Shown one piece after another: positions 62,579 to 64,000 of a stretch of DNA of 64,000 nt. The stretch spans positions 3,764-67,763 of the forward strand of contig NZ_JBIIQN010000010.1 of assembly GCF_044342065.1 (NCBI RefSeq). The letters run 5' to 3'. The notes below the pieces were generated by a model. That model searched no databases, was not told the origin of the DNA, and worked only from the letters and a program-made list of their open reading frames with translations. A program made the translations under genes and the position numbers. Positions within the stretch are counted from its first letter, which is position 1; each line of letters opens with the position of its first letter. The DNA is from Aquirufa sp. GTDB taxonomy: Bacteria; Bacteroidota; Bacteroidia; Cytophagales; Spirosomataceae.

Positions 62579-64000
62579 TTAATTTTTCGAGCCCGTTACT
62601 GCCCCTGCTTTTTTGGCGTTTTGAGCCTCCTGCATAGGATTTTGGCCCCCACCATAGCTACGCGGTTGTGCCTTAAATAGTTGTACGCGGGTCGGTTGTG
62701 CTGGCTCACGCGGATATGCATTATCATCTGTATCGATGTCCGCAATCTCATAGAATGGGTCTAGCGTCCATTTGACCACTTTTTTTGTTGTTGGAATAAT
62801 TTTCTTCGCTTCTACATCATTCAGTCGCCACACCTCGGCAGGGAAGCGCAGTACTTCGTCCGTTCCATCCTCGTAATTCAGCTTTACGATGACTGGCATA
62901 GGCAATCCACCTTTATTTTTGAAATTGACGACATAGAAATTTTTTCCTTCAGCAACCAACTTGCGCTCGTCCTCGGTCAGTCCACCCAAGTATTCTTGGT
63001 ATTTTTTCTTCTCTGCCTCTGTCGTTGCAAAGCGATCGTAGGTATTGTAAAAGTCGGTGAGATCCGGATTCTCTTCCACAACAGTCGACTTGATATCTGT
63101 CTTATTACGGATGTTGGCCATGGTCTGGCGTTTCGCTTCTGCCTTTTCTTTTTCTGCCGCTTTTTTTGCTACAGGGTCCATATTGTCCACTCCATACCAC
63201 TCCACCGTCTCGATTGACTGATTCACGGGCTCTGTTCCATAAAACCAACCGCGCCAAAACCAATCCAAATCTACCCCTGATGCATCTTCCAGGGTACGGA
63301 AGAAATCAGCTGGGTATGGCTGCTTAAATGCCCAGCGGCGCGCATATTCTTTAAATGCATAGTCAAATAACTCACGGCCCATAACCGTCTCACGTAAAAT
63401 GTTCAAGGCTGTGGCTGGTTTTGCATAAGCATTGTTGCCAAAATCCATGATATTTTCTGAATTCGCCATGATGGGAACCTGATTCTTTGAATCCAAACGC
63501 ATGTAGGGAACAATATTTTGTGGCTCTCCCCTACGAGCAGGGAAATTACGATCCCATTCTTGCTCGGCTAAATATTGACAGAATGTATTTAAACCTTCAT
63601 CCATCCAAGACCATTGACGCTCATCTGAGTTCACAATCATCGGGAAAAAGTTGTGACCCACTTCATGAATGATGACACCTATCATGCCATTTTTTACATT
63701 TTCTGTATATGTCCCATCCGTTTCTGGCCGACCGCCATTAAACGATATCATGGGATATTCCATTCCGCCGCCTAAGGTAGCATGGCATGAAATGGCTACC
63801 GGATACGGGTAAGCAATAGTTCGTTTGGAGTACGATCGCAACGTATGTGCGACCACCATGGTAGAATATTTTCCCCATAATGGATTCCCTTCTTTGGAAT
63901 AATACGACATGGCCCAAACTTTTTTCCCTTCGACATCTACTTGCAATGCATCCCAAATAAATTTACGCGAAGCCGTGAATGCGAAATCACGTACATTATC
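62579..64000 (-). CDS. M1 family metallo-aminopeptidase, partial (N-terminus beyond the window)
   Basis: GGMEYP, HEVGHNFF...WMDEG, NAYAKP; the frame stays open to base 64000 (DNVRDFAFTASRKFIWDA). Confidence 0.93.
   Translation of the reverse strand, partial: DNVRDFAFTASRKFIWDALQVDVEGKKVWAMSYYSKEGNPLWGKYSTMVVAHTLRSYSKRTIAYPYPVAISCHATLGGGMEYPMISFNGGRPETDGTYTENVKNGMIGVIIHEVGHNFFPMIVNSDERQWSWMDEGLNTFCQYLAEQEWDRNFPARRGEPQNIVPYMRLDSKNQVPIMANSENIMDFGNNAYAKPATALNILRETVMGRELFDYAFKEYARRWAFKQPYPADFFRTLEDASGVDLDWFWRGWFYGTEPVNQSIETVEWYGVDNMDPVAKKAAEKEKAEAKRQTMANIRNKTDIKSTVVEENPDLTDFYNTYDRFATTEAEKKKYQEYLGGLTEDERKLVAEGKNFYVVNFKNKGGLPMPVIVKLNYEDGTDEVLRFPAEVWRLNDVEAKKIIPTTKKVVKWTLDPFYEIADIDTDDNAYPREPAQPTRVQLFKAQPRSYGGGQNPMQEAQNAKKAGAVTGSKN

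Noticed and set aside
1-64000. tRNA, rRNA, riboswitch, IS or integrase
   Set aside because: No T-loop/cloverleaf pattern, rRNA signature, recognisable riboswitch consensus, or DDE/tyrosine-recombinase motif was seen. A covariance-model scan would be needed to exclude small ncRNAs.

Overview
Bacteroidota chromosome segment. This rests on TAnnTTTG promoters, Bacteroidota-type DksA/DUF4292/DUF6175 families and AT-rich translation starts without SD; Cytophagales-like affiliation is my inference. About 1-34.7 kb is an accessory region of mostly secreted, membrane or lipoprotein genes with no mobility gene. About 34.9-64 kb is core genome: lpdA, frameshifted prfB, dksA-like, pnuC, nth, ECF sigma, pdxJ, asd, 5-formyl-THF cyclo-ligase, ileS, MBOAT/SGNH pair, TPR-DUF4292-EnvC, TonB receptor, ECF sigma-crtI-crtB, TauE, KirBac channel and a partial M1 peptidase. 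The most striking item is a ~19 kb three-operon locus (11093-30305). It holds a Hanks-type Ser/Thr signalling operon (FHA-TM, Zn-ribbon-FHA, vWA-TM-FHA, PP2C-TM-(KTGDS)n, soluble kinase, receptor kinase), a DUF6175-centred envelope operon, and an operon of secreted and phosphodiester-glycosidase-like genes. Two sequence-level links tie these operons together. (i) A ~100-aa domain I cannot name (GLYFGPxxxGCESC...NPGSTV) forms both the extracytoplasmic end of the receptor kinase and the C-terminus of a secreted protein ~10 kb away. (ii) A 12-bp motif ACC(G/A)TT(A/T)AATAA lies upstream of all three operons and of four other accessory units. No rRNA, tRNA, CRISPR array or transposase was recognised. 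All family calls are by-eye motif recognition, not database results, so novelty needs to be confirmed by searches.
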